NCBI GenBank assembly: GCA_048013815.1
Contig: CM106586.1
Location: 13,392,001 to 13,456,000 of the forward strand
Reading direction: 5' to 3'
From: Setoptus koraiensis
Lineage: Eukaryota; Animalia; Arthropoda
Length of the DNA stretch: 64,000 nucleotides
The notes beneath the pieces are model-generated. The model saw nothing but the letters and a program-made list of their open reading frames with translations. It was not told the origin of the DNA and searched no databases. Position 1 is the stretch's first letter; each line of letters opens with the position of its first letter. Made by a program: the position numbers and the translations under genes. This document shows, one piece after another, positions 1 through 13,231 of this stretch.

Positions 1-1033
1 AGTCGCGCGAAACGTCTCGCGAGACTCGCCGGCGCGCTAACAAGCGGCCCGCGTCGCCGGCCGCGAATTTCGCAGCCGCAGCCGCAGTCGCACGTGAGTT
101 TCGAAGCCGCTGCAAACTGCAACGAGGGCGCCCCAACGAGGAACCTGAATTTTTCGTTCGTTGACTTGAGTGCGGCATGCACGCGGTCCGGCCGGCACGG
201 GTCGATCGTGCCGACAGCCCGATACCGGGCGCCCGCAACGCTTGTTCCGAATGCCCCGGGGGCGTTCTCTTCGGGCCGGAAGATCGATGGTCGTGTCAAG
301 TGGGCCTTTTGGGTTTTGTGTTTTTTGCTCGGCGTGTCGATGTGTCGTGTCGGCTTGTCATCGTGTCGCGCCGATCAGACAAGACGAGCGCCGCCGCCGC
401 TGCAAGCAAGCGGATAGCGGCCAGACCGGCAAAATTGGAGTAGGTTTCAGTGTCGATATTTACAAGTTGTATAACGCGAAATAGAGAGTTTATTGCGCAA
501 AGATTTATCGCTCTCGTGCCACCGGTTGGACAGACTGTGTCACGAGCTTTGTGTCGGGTTTGCACGCGTTTGCCAGCGGGAAACCTGATCGCACGCACGC
601 ATCATTGGCACATTTGGTGCCTGGCAGCGGTTGACCCGTGCCCAGTTGGGCCAGTCCGAGACGATTTGTCAGCCATCGAGTGGCCAGCGGGCCGGCGCGT
701 GAGCGGCCCACCGACCAAGGCCAAAGACTAAAGATATTTACATACTGTCGTTGTTCAACAGAATCTGTTGTGGGGCTCGCGCGGTGGCCAGCTCGCTGAC
801 ATTTGCTCTGGACAGCTCGCTGTTGGTTGCCTGTTATGGCGAGGCTTTGTTGTGCTCGGGCACTGGTCATTTGCATATGAGTGCACACAACAACAAAAAG
901 GCAACTCGCGCAGGCAAAATGTTACAATAAACAGTCTTTAGTTGTGTTATTTGCCTACTGTGCGCCACAACACCCGACAAAATATCATATCATCATCGCT
1001 TACGCCGGCAACATATTGCGCAACGTATGCCGC

Positions 1034-1099
1034 CGTCGTTGTGGTCGCGGCGGCGGTTGTTGTTGTTGTCGCTGTCGTCGTTGCCGTTGTCGCTGTTGT

Positions 1100-1132
<33 letters not shown>

Positions 1133-1143
1133 TGTTGATGTTG
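1034..1143 (+). repeat. Degenerate (GTT/GTC)n trinucleotide microsatellite
   Basis: GTTGTTGTCGCTGTCGTC... run. Confidence 0.9.
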
Positions 1144-3564
1144 CGGCATCACGGTCCGATCGTGACGATCTATCGACTTAGTGACCCTCGCTGCGTGCTT
1201 GCAACATTCTGCAACGCGACAACCAAACCAAAACACCTACTACTGGCGCCCCAAAACGACGAGCCGCCCAGGCGACTAGATCAAGACTTTGCGCCATGTG
1301 CGCCGGCCCCAATGAGCCGTCGCGTCGATATAAATTCAGCTCGCTCGGCCTTACGAGTCCTAGGAGTTAGGACAGCCAGCGACAGATACAAAGTCAGCGA
1401 CACAGATAACCGGCAATAACAAATATCCCGCATATCCCATATCTCCCGCATATCACACATATCCCGTACATCAAACTGACGATGCTGTAGGCATCGAAAC
1501 TTTGACTTATGTGTACGCTACTGTGACGCGACTATTTTCCTACGCGGTTTGTTGCGACATAACAGATATGGAAACATAACTCATGCTCTATTTCATTGTT
1601 GGCATTGTTATTATAAATTTATCACCATTATGCAACCAGTCACAATGGCCCTCCATTCATATAACTGCTATGTAACCGCATAAATGAACGCAAACCGGGC
1701 CCCACATAAACCGCCGACGCACACATGACTAACTGCATGGAAAAACCATTTGCCGCTACTTCCTGTGCATAGCGACTGTACATACATACGTATATGCCAG
1801 CCCGATTGCATGCAATCCAATCGGATCCCCATGTATTTTTCTATTTTCATATAGAAATCACTCTAATTCTAATCATCCCCCGGCTCGCCTGTATCAATGG
1901 TCCGTACAATGACAAACCCACAAATGACTGTGCCCACGACAACAACACCCATGACAATTTGCAGTACCTGATAAAAGCGGGCCCAGCAACGGACCCAATG
2001 ATGGGCGACAAAAGTCATCATGACGATGGCACTTGTGGCGACACTAGCAGCACTTTTGTTGCTCAATACACGACATACACAAGTATCGCCGGACGAACTC
2101 GCGAAAAGAAGCGACGCCACACCGACGTCGCTTTCGATAGATCGCCAAATCGAAACCGCTAGCTACTCTCTTTTCCCATTGTGCGATCAACATCGGGCCC
2201 GGTGTGCCATTCATCAATCGAAATGGTTTAATATTCCACTTAAACCATTTCGATGATACGAAATTGCAACAGCGCCAGCTACTGGTGATCGCATGATGAT
2301 TTTCGGATTTATGCTACTACGAACTGCTAAGTTTGGCGCATACAAATTGACACTATTCACGCTACCTGTGAGAACAATTCCGAGAAGACGATTCCAAATT
2401 TGGCACCCTCGCCAAATGCTAAGGAATGCATCAACTAAAACGCATATCGAGCACTCTGATGAGACAGGCTAGTTGGAGTTTTTTCAATCTTGCACATATG
2501 GCCACTTTGCACTGTTGCATAACTAAAAATCGAGCTGCCGATCGTAAAAAGATCGATGCGAAATTCACTATTCGCGCATCCGGTTCAGTTTTTCACGCAA
2601 TGAATGTACGCCGAAAAGCTGCTGCTCCTCTACGGACGCAGGGAAAATTTCCGCAACAATCTAAACTATCGAGCTCATGTTTTTTTCCGCCACCTAAATG
2701 CCAGAACAGTGTCAAGACATGCCGAATGATCGGTTACACCGATTCCGTATCATAGGACAGTAAAAAACAACGACAGGGCAATTTCTTCTGGAAAAGCTGC
2801 TCATAGATCTAGCGAGAGAACTCTTAGTCAGCGGCGAAATTCTTGTTCGGAATGTTTTCGAATCGCCGAAAATTGATCTGGCTGCATATGCAGGTAGCAT
2901 CTGCTGTCTACTTCATGCATTGTGACAGTGATGCTCTGATTGGGCCTATTTGTTCTCCCAGTTATCCGAAGCTTTGTCCATCCGAAGCTCGACTGCCGTA
3001 CGGCCCATTTTTCGCGAGAATCGTCCTCGAAAATTCTCTATAAGAAGAAGAAGGAGCAACTTCTTTGCTACAACAATAACAATCATGCAGATAATGCATT
3101 GAGCGGCACGACGAAACAGCCCCAACGCCGGCCAGACCGCAAATAAGCGAACATTTACTTCCTGACAACTGCTGACACCAAAACTTTTGGCTTGTCCGCT
3201 TAATGAGGGTCGTCTAGCAACTAGAGAATGTGTGCCATAGATGGCCCCAGGCTCTCGAACGTCCCCCGCCCGAACAGAGCTACTGGCATTTCGGCTCCGT
3301 TCCTTGAGTTTGATTGTGTGTGTGTGTGTGCATATGAGGAATGGGGCGAAATAATAGAACAGCAACATTGCGTCATGCCCTTGTTAAATAGTACAAAGAG
3401 TCTTTTTTATTTTAGAAAAGTCCTCAAGTCCACGAGTCGATGTGTCTTTTTGGACTGCGATTTGGGCAGCTGCCGGCAAATTAATAAGCGGCCGACTAGA
3501 CTTGGTTCTGGTGCAGTCGCAGTTGCTGTTATGTGTGTTTGTTTGTGTCCCTTTATGTTAAAAA

Positions 3565-4398
3565 CACGACATCAGCGAATTCGTTCATTGAGAGATATTG
3601 CAGCTTGTTGTTGTTCATTCTTTAAAAGATTTATTTCTCTTGCTGATCAACTTTCATCGTACCAAATGGGAATCATTCCATGGATATTGTCCATCAATGT
3701 ATATTGAAAAGGACAAGAAAAACGAGCAGAAGTTCCCAGTTGTCAAATGATTTTATCCACAGAGCTGCAATCTCTTGAAGGAATTCAGTAGGTGATCATT
3801 GTATACTTGGGATCATTTGTCGCGGAACTCTTTCTCTAACATTACCGATGCTCACTTATTTTTGCCCAGTCCTAAAAAGCTTGAGCTTTCTATAGAGACA
3901 CATATATTTCGAATAATTCGGTGAAAAATACTGCACTTTCACTCTCCAAACTAACTATCCTCCGATCGAAAACTATTTACATTCTTAATGTGTAGCTAAA
4001 AGTTGTGGCATAAAATGAAACGAACGTCGGAGTCACGTCCGAAGCTGCCCAAACATGGAATAGTTGGTCGAGTAATATTTTGTTTTGCTCTCTCTGTCAG
4101 CAGAAATTCATTTAAGTGGTCCAGTGCTCCGAAAGCAGTCGAGAACCTATCCAAGTCTTCAACAGTCAATATTCGCAGAAACACTACATGCGAAACTGAT
4201 AAAAGTATCAAATTCAGACCCATCGAGTCATGTGGTCACATAAAGGGTTTATCCGGTAATAAAAACTTTTTTTCATTTTATCCTGTCAACTCTCACACTG
4301 TCGGCTGCTTTGCTTTTACGATTACGCGTTCGTTGCTGCAGCAGAAAAGAGGCAAGAAATTTTTGCGGGGAACTCTTTTGGATTCATTTTATTCATGA
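3565..4398 (+). pseudogene. Decayed coding-like sequence, weakly F-box plus LRR-like
   Basis: One frame carries only 6 stops in about 278 codons in AT-rich DNA. It begins HDISEFVH*EILQLVVVHSLKDLFLLLINFHRTKW (F-box-like spacing EIL..KDL..W) and later reads ITDAHLFLPSPKKLELSI (LRR-like). Confidence 0.3.
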
Positions 4399-7300
4399 TT
4401 CACCCTCCTCGCTAAACCAAGTCTAGACTGCTAATAGAAAATCATAACTCGGAAAAATAATGGAAACTGACAGCCGTAAAAAAAACATTGCGTTGGCACT
4501 GTTCAAGTCTGTATCATATAAATTACGCCAGTTCGACGAACTTCACTAGCTGATTGTTTACTTTTCCGATTCAATTTATGACCATATGAACAATCCATAA
4601 AATCGTCCCGTTCGTGCAAACCATAACTCGATTTCTTGCGGAAAAAATGATTAGTTGACTCGTGGATACCCAGATAGAGTCGTAGGCGGCAATGCGGACC
4701 CTAGGTGGTGAGCTCTACCCTTTCGGTCTGAAAAGGGTTGTTTTCGGTTTCATTTCCGGTTTATTATTAGTTTATTTCCGCCTGTGTACAATTTATTTAC
4801 GAATTCCGGCTTCATTGACATTTTATTTTTTTTTCGCTCATCTTTTTGTTTATGTTCACGAAACAGAGCGCAGGCAAGAACCCCGATGCCATCCAGCAAC
4901 GCAGAGTGCGAGATTAGTTTTTATTGCTATCTCAGTGATTTTTATGATTTTCGTTTCTTTTTTTTTTCACAAGAACGGCTATCTATCATACTCTATTATT
5001 TGTTAGAATTATAGTCTGATGAATAGGCTGATTATTACTGGCATAAACTGCAAATAAGCCGGCTGGTCAGGTCGATTCCGAGACAGTGAAAACAAGTCAT
5101 TCGAAATGAACTGTCGATCGGTTATCGGAAAATCTCATGATAATCTTGCAAGGCGAGAAGATAAGTCGTTCGCAAATCTAGATCTAGCCAGAATTACACG
5201 GATCATTTTGTTGTGACAATGAATGAAAGCAATAATGAAAAGTTTCAAATGTTTATAATCCGTGTGTCAGCAGTTCAGCAGCGCAACGATTTGTCAGTTG
5301 TGCTGATAATCCTAGCAGGGAACTTTGCCGACTATAGAGTCCCTGGATCCCCAGATCAAGCCAAGTTGAAAATGCCCAATAATGTATGCAGATGGAACGA
5401 CGATACTGAGTTCATGGCCGAGATCACTGTATTACTTTTGTTGTCGAATTCCGAGCGACTGATCGGAAATCGGGCGCTTTTTCGATAAATAGATTCAAAA
5501 CGAAGTTTGAACTAGCTACTTGTGATTGTATACACAGGCTAATGGGGTCACCTCCTATGGTAACTAGTTGAATGACTGTGCGCCGCCATCTGGGCTAGAC
5601 AGTGGGCCTCGAGATTTGGGTCCCTCCAAGGGTTTCGGAATCTCGAATACATTCCCGCGCGCACACACACTGTGAAAACTAAACCGCTTCTGTTGACTCA
5701 GTCTCGATCTAGCCCGAAATGGCTGAAATCCATCCTATCGGATCGTGATTGGTTATGGGATGGGATAGGAAAGGGATTTTTTGCATTTTGGCTGGGGTTT
5801 GTTTGTTGGGCCGTCGCCACACCAGCAATAAAATGTTATCATTTCGTTTGTTGCAGCTGTAGATATTCCGTTCGAAGAGACAAAAGCAATCTCAGCTTAT
5901 TGCTCAAACTATCAGATGTCGATTAATTTTAATTCTCTTGGTTGTCGCATTTATCGTTGTGATGCCAATACCACCAGCAAGCTCTTCGAGCAAACACGCG
6001 AGATATTTAACTCTCTTCTCTAACAATGTCCCAAACCAGATAATACTCTGACCATGGCTGAGGAGCCAAACCAGAGCGAGAGAGATCTTAAGATATGAAT
6101 ACGCTCTAGTGAGCTTTGTTTGGCCATGAAAATTATTTTCGATAGATTTTCGGTGCTGGCACAACGGGAAAAAAATAAAGTCGGCATAGCGCTTTGTCTT
6201 ATTGGCCCATGTACTTGCCAAACGGGTCCATTTTGAATTTACAGCACGACTTGATTGGATGAGATTGTACCACAGCAATTATTTATGACAGACACAATTA
6301 TTTATCGCGCAGATAAATATTATTGGAAATTTCTGAGTCACGAACGAGCAAAAACAAATCCGCCGGACAGAATTTCTTTGGGCAAGTTTCATTTCCGGTG
6401 TCGTATGTGAATTTCTTGGAATGAATTCACGAAATTCGGTCCAACTTGAAACACTTTGTGTGTGTTCAACACAAGCGAAGTGTTTCTATCTCGCCCGTGA
6501 ATAATAATTTTCCCGAGGCACGCACCTCTTTGGGTGGCAATCCAATCACAGTAACAATTTAATGACAGCTAGTCTAATTTTCACGCTGTCCAGGAGTATC
6601 TAGACAATAGACAAAATTGAGCGGGCTGAAACGGTTAAACGGCGATATTCAACACATCGGCAACGCGCTCATTTTCGGATATTGTTTGTCTGGCCGCGGG
6701 ACTGAAGGGGACCCACGATCTTGAAAGCACGTGATCCATGTGCTAATGATTGGAAATGGCTTGTCATTATTGGCTCATCAAGTCACTTACGGCTGCTCTT
6801 GGCCGGGGCGCACTTTGCCTGGCCCACATTATTTGGGGCCAAGCTTATATGCTGATGGTTGGCCAGATTGTGTATATCTTGGCACCGCTACCATTGCCCA
6901 TACGCCTGGGCCTCGCGATGTCGTTGGCGGGCTTACAAACACTTATAAATATATCTTCACATATATATGTTTATATATATATATATATACATGTTTCCTT
7001 TTCGTCTTTCTTATTTTGCTCGCACAACCTCTCTCTTTGTTACTACTAAACACAAACACAATGGCACGATCATTGTACAACCATCGTATATATAAATAAA
7101 ATAAATAACTCGTCATACATGCAGCTCAGTAGTAATCTGCTGCACGTAGAAACGTCGTTTTGTTTTTGGGGCCCAGCCGATACTCGCATTGCACTAGCAT
7201 GCCATATCGCTATCTTCGCAACTGGGCGTAACTAATGATGTCGATTTTGGCCGCATTGCTCAGCTCGGGGCGCCAGTTAGGGCCCATTTTTGTGTGTTTG

Positions 7301-8605
7301 TGTGTATAAGAACACAATTTTTTGTGTACGGATATATATAACATATGGATATAATATAGCCGATCGAGTGTCGAAACTAGTGTCATATGTTATGTGTACA
7401 CAGCTCACTTTGCACTAACAGAGAGTGCAAAATGCGTATAACAAAGCCAATGTGAAACAATGGAAAAGTTGTGAAAAGTTGGCGCCAACAGTTTCCAGCG
7501 AAAGCGGTGGGTCCCCACTTAATTGGCGCCGGCTTTCATTGGCTTGGAGGCGATGGGCGCTGATTGCATCACGAGAGATCATCATCATTAAGAGATTGTC
7601 ATTCTCTGCGGCGCTCTCTCTCAGATCAATATCTATTCATATTCTGAGAGCACAATCGTTGCAATCATTGACTGTCGTGGGCGGCTCAACCACCGGCCAC
7701 TATAAATAGCCGCAAGTGTGCCCAAAATATATCGAGTTGTGCAATTGATCATTTGATGTGCCCTGTGACTTTTTAGAAATAATCGATAATGAGCGCACTT
7801 GCGTCTCAATTGGGGCCGACAATCAAATTTGACCCGCGCGCGCGCTGGACATGTCGCCTGGTGAGCGCAGCCCAATGAGGAGCTGAATATTTATCAAGTT
7901 TTTGCCATTACTATTCCGCGCTCGTTGTCGGTGCATCGTTGGGGCCGATTATGGTGGCCAAAAACACGACACGACATTTAACAATAGCGAGCTGCAAAGA
8001 CTGTACTGCCGAAGTGTCGCCAGTCAGCAACCTGCTGCTGCTTTTTGCGGCCGCTCGTTGCTGTATCGATAAATTGGAAATAATCAGTTTGCTCTTAATG
8101 TTGTTTGGTCCCCTTGAATGCCTCATCTGGCAACGGCAGCAGCGCAACCAAAAGCTACAGGCCGCTGGCGTTAGCCGGCCACCATTGTCAGTGGGTTCGC
8201 CACCACGATTGAGACATTCCGCGGGCCGGCGAGCGACTACTTGATGATGAAATTATGTACTTGATCGATCGTGTCTCCAGTGCTGACCGACTGTGCCACT
8301 GGAGGCCAAATGGAGGGGCCCGTTTCGGTTCGGTTCAATTGAGTTGAGCTCGGTGCTGGGTGTGATGATGTAATGATAGGCGAACGGCAATGGTTCGTTG
8401 GTTGGCAAATAATTTGTTATGATGGACGAGAAATTTTGTACGCCAATCGCCACTGAGCAAGCGCTCTGTGAGCGCCACAACAACAACTGGCAATCAGCAT
8501 GAGGCAACTGGTCAGCCTTGGAGAGCCATAATTGCGCCACTGACTCCTTCTTTCTATGGGCGCTGCTCACCGTGCCGATGATCATGACGCCAATTCAATA
8601 GTGGC

Positions 8606-8691
8606 CACGAACATCCGAGAATATCCACAAACATCCGAGAATATCCACGAACATGCGAGAATAACACGAACATCCGAGAATATCCGAGAAT
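8606..8691 (+). repeat. Minisatellite, about 20-bp unit CACGAACATCCGAGAATATC, about 4 degenerate copies
   Basis: Tandem ACATCCGAGAATATCCAC units. Confidence 0.85.
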
Positions 8692-11600
8692 GGCCAAGAA
8701 TGAGAGACAGACATTGAGTGGCACGCGCACGAAGAAATAAGTCAATTGACGAGACCGCCAATCATGACAATCATGCGAAATATACAGCGAAATATTGAAA
8801 TGATGAAATTGTCGCAGAGCAGTGATGATTTTTTTCGCTGTTGCTGGACTGGTCAGGCTGAATGGGGGCACCTCAGATATTATTGAGCTCGTTTTATTGC
8901 GCCATTTGTGCTCAGCCAGTGCGCACAGTTGAGCCCCGCCGGCCGGCCACTACAATGGGGCGGCCGGTGCGACGGGCTTGGCAGCTCTATTATCGACGGA
9001 TGCGATAATACGGGCAAAACGTTAATGGTTGCGGTCCGGCTTGCGTGACCGACCGGCCCGCCATAAACAGTTTGCAAGTCGATCACTCGAAAGCTGGCGC
9101 CGCCACATCGATTTCCATTTCGAGATTTTCCATTAGCCAGTGGGCGAATAACTGGCTCCAGACGAGCCAGTCCGTCTCAATCTTGTCGTTGATTGCAATC
9201 TTGTCGCTGGCTCGCCGGCGCCACAAACGATTGAGCGACCATCGGACGGACACTCGTGGCAAACATTCCAATCGAACCACATCCGACATTATAGCGCGTC
9301 TCGCCCGCTTACGTAATGACAGGCTACTTTTGCTATTTATACCATGGTATATGTTTGTTTCAATTTGTTTGCTGACGCCTGAAGTGAAACTGGCGCCGAG
9401 GCGCACTAATTACGGCTTACACGCACAACCGGGCTCAATATACAAATATATACAGTGGGGCCACGACCAGAATATATTTGTATATGTGTAGTCAATATGT
9501 ATCCAAGTGAAAAGTGAGTCGCAGCGCCTTCTAATCTGACTCTAATTTGACTGTCTGGCCGGTTGCAAATGTCTGAGATGCTATTTCTGTGCCGATTGTC
9601 GCCGGCTTCCGTCTTTAGCCGCTAGTCTGGTCGCTGGACTACGTCGTCTGGTCGTCTCTGGTGCAAAAAGTAGCCAACTCACTTGACTGGCAGTCGTATA
9701 AATCGGCCAATACAACGGCCAATGGCAAGAGACGAATGCAAATCAAGTATCATCTTATTGGAATGGGGCGCACCGGACAGGCCAGATTTGACATCCGGCG
9801 GCGCCAAAAGTGGCTCTGAGGTGCATTGACAGAATTGGCGTAATTGGTGCTCGCACTAGAAATTTGCTCTCGAGATTCGAGTTCACACTTGAGGCCAGCC
9901 GCTGCTGTATTTTTGTTTCGTTTTGTTGGCTGTCGGCTCAAATACAAATTCGAGCCACCCATCGATTCGCCATTCAAATGTCGCAACAACCAACCGAATT
10001 GGTGCCAGCGCAACTTGTTTTCGGGCAACAACTTGCAGCGAGCCAAAAGTTGTGGCAGCCATAGAAGAGTTGCCATTAGCAGGGTCCGTTGCTGCCAGAG
10101 ATCAAAAGAGGATTAACGAACGACGGATCGCGTCTAATTATCCCCGGCCCAGCTTGTCGGAGCCCGAACGCCAGCGTGGCTCAGCTGTCCGGGGCGCATG
10201 GCTGTCGTTTGGCTGCGAGGCTGCGGGGCCAGACGAATTGCAAGAAACTGCCAGAAGAAGGCAAGAAACTGCCGGCACAATTCTCACTAATTGTGTCAAG
10301 ACCGGTCGCCAAGTTGAGCGAAATCCGCAACCACTTGGCGGTGGCGCCAGTCGACACTTATTCCTCAATTACCGACCGTGTTGCTGCAGCGCTCCTAAGT
10401 GGTCTGGCCTCCGTCACTATTGTCATCGGCTGACGCGTATCACGCCGGCCGGGCCCCCGCTCGTCGGCGGGACCTCTGTCGATATTTATGCTCGGTTTTA
10501 TTTGGCCCTGCATCGCGTCTCACTGCTTTGCGTCACTGTGAGCCGAGTCTGACAATTGTCAGGTTGTCAACTGGGGGCCTGTTGGGCCCGGCTAGACGGC
10601 TGGCTGTCACACAATGGAGAGCGTTCGCGCCCCTCTCGCGCCAGCGCTATATGCCACTTGATAGACTGTGCCGTTACTGGCACTGTGTGGGGCCCGGCGG
10701 CGGCCGAAAGAGCTCGCTTCGCGAAATTAGTGGGTTATAGGGCGGCTCGCTGTTGATATTGATGCAGTCTGAGCACTGTCTGGGCCGCTGCTGATGCCGG
10801 CCCCATCGGAGATATCTCTCTATGTTTGTGTGTGCGGCTAAACCAACAATGAATTCCGGCCAACTCTTCGTCTTCTTTTTTTCGTTTGCTGGGCCCCATC
10901 TCCGGCGCCGCGCCAACGGGCCATGGGGCCAAAACGAACGGCCGCCCAACAAACGGGCGCACGAGACCGCTCGCACGGACCAATTGCAACGGCTCGCTTG
11001 AGATTATGTGACGCTAATTCGATCTGGTCGATCCGCACCAAAGCCACCCGCTAGCTAAGCCGGCCCACCGTGAATCGCCGCCCGCCAGCTTGCGGGCCGG
11101 GCCCAGCGTGAGCGGGCAGCTGGCGGCCCGTTGGCCAGCCGGATATTTGGCCGGCAACGATATATGTGTGGAGGAATTTTTTAAAATTCTACACTGTGCC
11201 ATGGCTGCACACGGGGGCCATAGGTCGTGTTGCGCGCCAGCTTGCCCGCTGGCCGTCTAATCCCGCTCGGTCACCTATTGGCGCTGAATTGAATTGTCGG
11301 CTTACTCGGCTGGCCCCCGTAGCCAGCCGGCCGCTCGCTTATCTGCCGGCCAACGATAGATAGATTTCGTTTGCAGTGGCTATTTGCTGTATGACGGCAG
11401 CTACGCATGAAAGTAACTATGAATTGCCGGTTGTGGCCGCTTGGCTGCAAGTCGTAGTTGTTTATTTCACGCTGACCCACTTGGCTTAGTGTTGTTGTTG
11501 TCACTTTCTGTCTGTTAGTGTGTGTTTCTGTAGTTTTCTGTAGTAAGCTGGCCAACGGCCAGTTTGGCCGCCAACACTAACGCCATAAATAAATAAATAA

Positions 11601-13192
11601 ATAAATAAATAAATGTGTGTACTCTGAGAGCGCCGGCAAGAACAAGCAGCCCTGTGGGCGCCCCGAAAAAAGCCAATATCTTGCCGTCGGCCTATCTTGG
11701 CCTATCTGTCCCACCGAAAGGCTAATCCGCGGGCTCCAGATGGACGGGCACAGTTGGACTGGGGCCCGGCGCGGGCACATAAAGCACCCAAAATATATTG
11801 GTTGTGCAAAAATTATACAAAAAGTTTCTAATCTTTGGCCTGGGCAACAGCGGCGCCCCACTATGTTGTCCGTGCCCAATCGATAGTGGCGCCACTATGG
11901 TGACACTTGTATCGGTCGGGCGGCCCGACCAAGACGAGTGACAGTTGACGGTTGACAGTTGACAATTGACAGTTGAGCGGCACTTTGGGCGCTGTTGCGG
12001 TCAGCGCCACTCATTGGATACAGATTGACCCCGTGGCTGGGCTCGTGATGCGCAAGTCGTCGGGTTCGCAGCGTCTTCACTTTGAACGGTCCACGTTATT
12101 GCGTCGATATTATTACATCGATACTGTTACATCGATGTTATTATATTGATATTATATAATATTATTAGTATTATATATTAGCCAGTGAGCCAGTGAGCCG
12201 GCGAGCGACCAATTTGATTATCGTCATTAGTGTTGCGAGCAATCAATTAGTGACAAGACACAGGCAGCTCGCTTAGCAGCCGCTGCTAAACTAATTAGAA
12301 GATCGTCAATTGATGCGTGCACCATAAAGAATTACTGCTGCCACTATATTACTATTAGCACATTATTATGCATATCTGGCTGCTTGGGCCCACCTCCACA
12401 GCAGTAGCAAATTGTAGCTAGTTCAGTGAGCCAGATGCGCCCCAATCTGTATCCAATGAGCAGTCGGCATGCAAGCGGTGGGCTCATTTCGACCGGGGCG
12501 CCCTCTAATCGATCATTAGCTGCCCACAGATGCCACACAGTGGCGCACTGGGCTTTGGGGGCGCTCTTTGGCCCGTTCGGGCTGCCTTGGCAGCGCCCCC
12601 AAAGGCCGCTCTCTCTCTCTCTCTCTCTCTCGCTCGCTCGCTGTTTGGGGCCAAACAACTGGCTGGCCCCCGAACAGAGAACAGAGAAAGCGAAACGCGC
12701 ATAAACGGTACTCAGGAGACTGTATAATGCCAGTGCCGTATACACACTGTAATTGGCGTATAAACTGCTTTGTTTGGGCCATGTACGGGCCATAGGTAGA
12801 GCCCCGCAACATAGGCCGCCTATCATAGGCTATGATAGGTGGCCTATGATAGACAGCCCATGATGGGCCGCCTATGATAGGCCGAGCCCAATTGGGGATG
12901 CTGCTGGCGCCGCCATTGGACCATTGCGCAACACACTATTTTAGGGTCAATTAATCTAGCATTATAAACACATGGCGCCCCATCCCACGTGGCCCCATTT
13001 TTTCGCACACCCGCTATCTATCGCATCTGTTTGTTTTAGTCGCTTGCTGCAGCCATTTAACTGTGCCACCCCCCCCCCACGCCATCATCTGTGCTAGCCA
13101 GTGTCAATCTCATTCACTCCATCTATCTGCACCCCATCTATCTGTACCCCCTCTATCTGTGCCCTATCTGGGCTACAATGGATATCGGTTAT

Positions 13193-13231
13193 TACTCGTC
13201 GGAATATACCGCTGGCATATTCCAACGAGTA
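13193..13231 (-). other. Hairpin, 18-bp stem continuous on the minus strand through two G-U wobbles
   Basis: TACTCGTCGGAATAT and ATATTCCAACGAGTA pair at 14 of 15 positions. The C-A and A-C mismatches on + become G-U and U-G on -. A third partial copy TATATTCCGA is at 13250-13259. Confidence 0.8.

Noticed and set aside
1869-2120. Minus-strand ORF with two hydrophobic stretches
   Set aside because: Val-rich hydrophobicity is expected from the GT-biased antisense of CAA-rich DNA; no family recognised.
8104-8125. TTTGGTCCCCTT matches the first 12 nt of miR-133
   Set aside because: The rest diverges from this highly conserved miRNA, and there is no complementary arm nearby.
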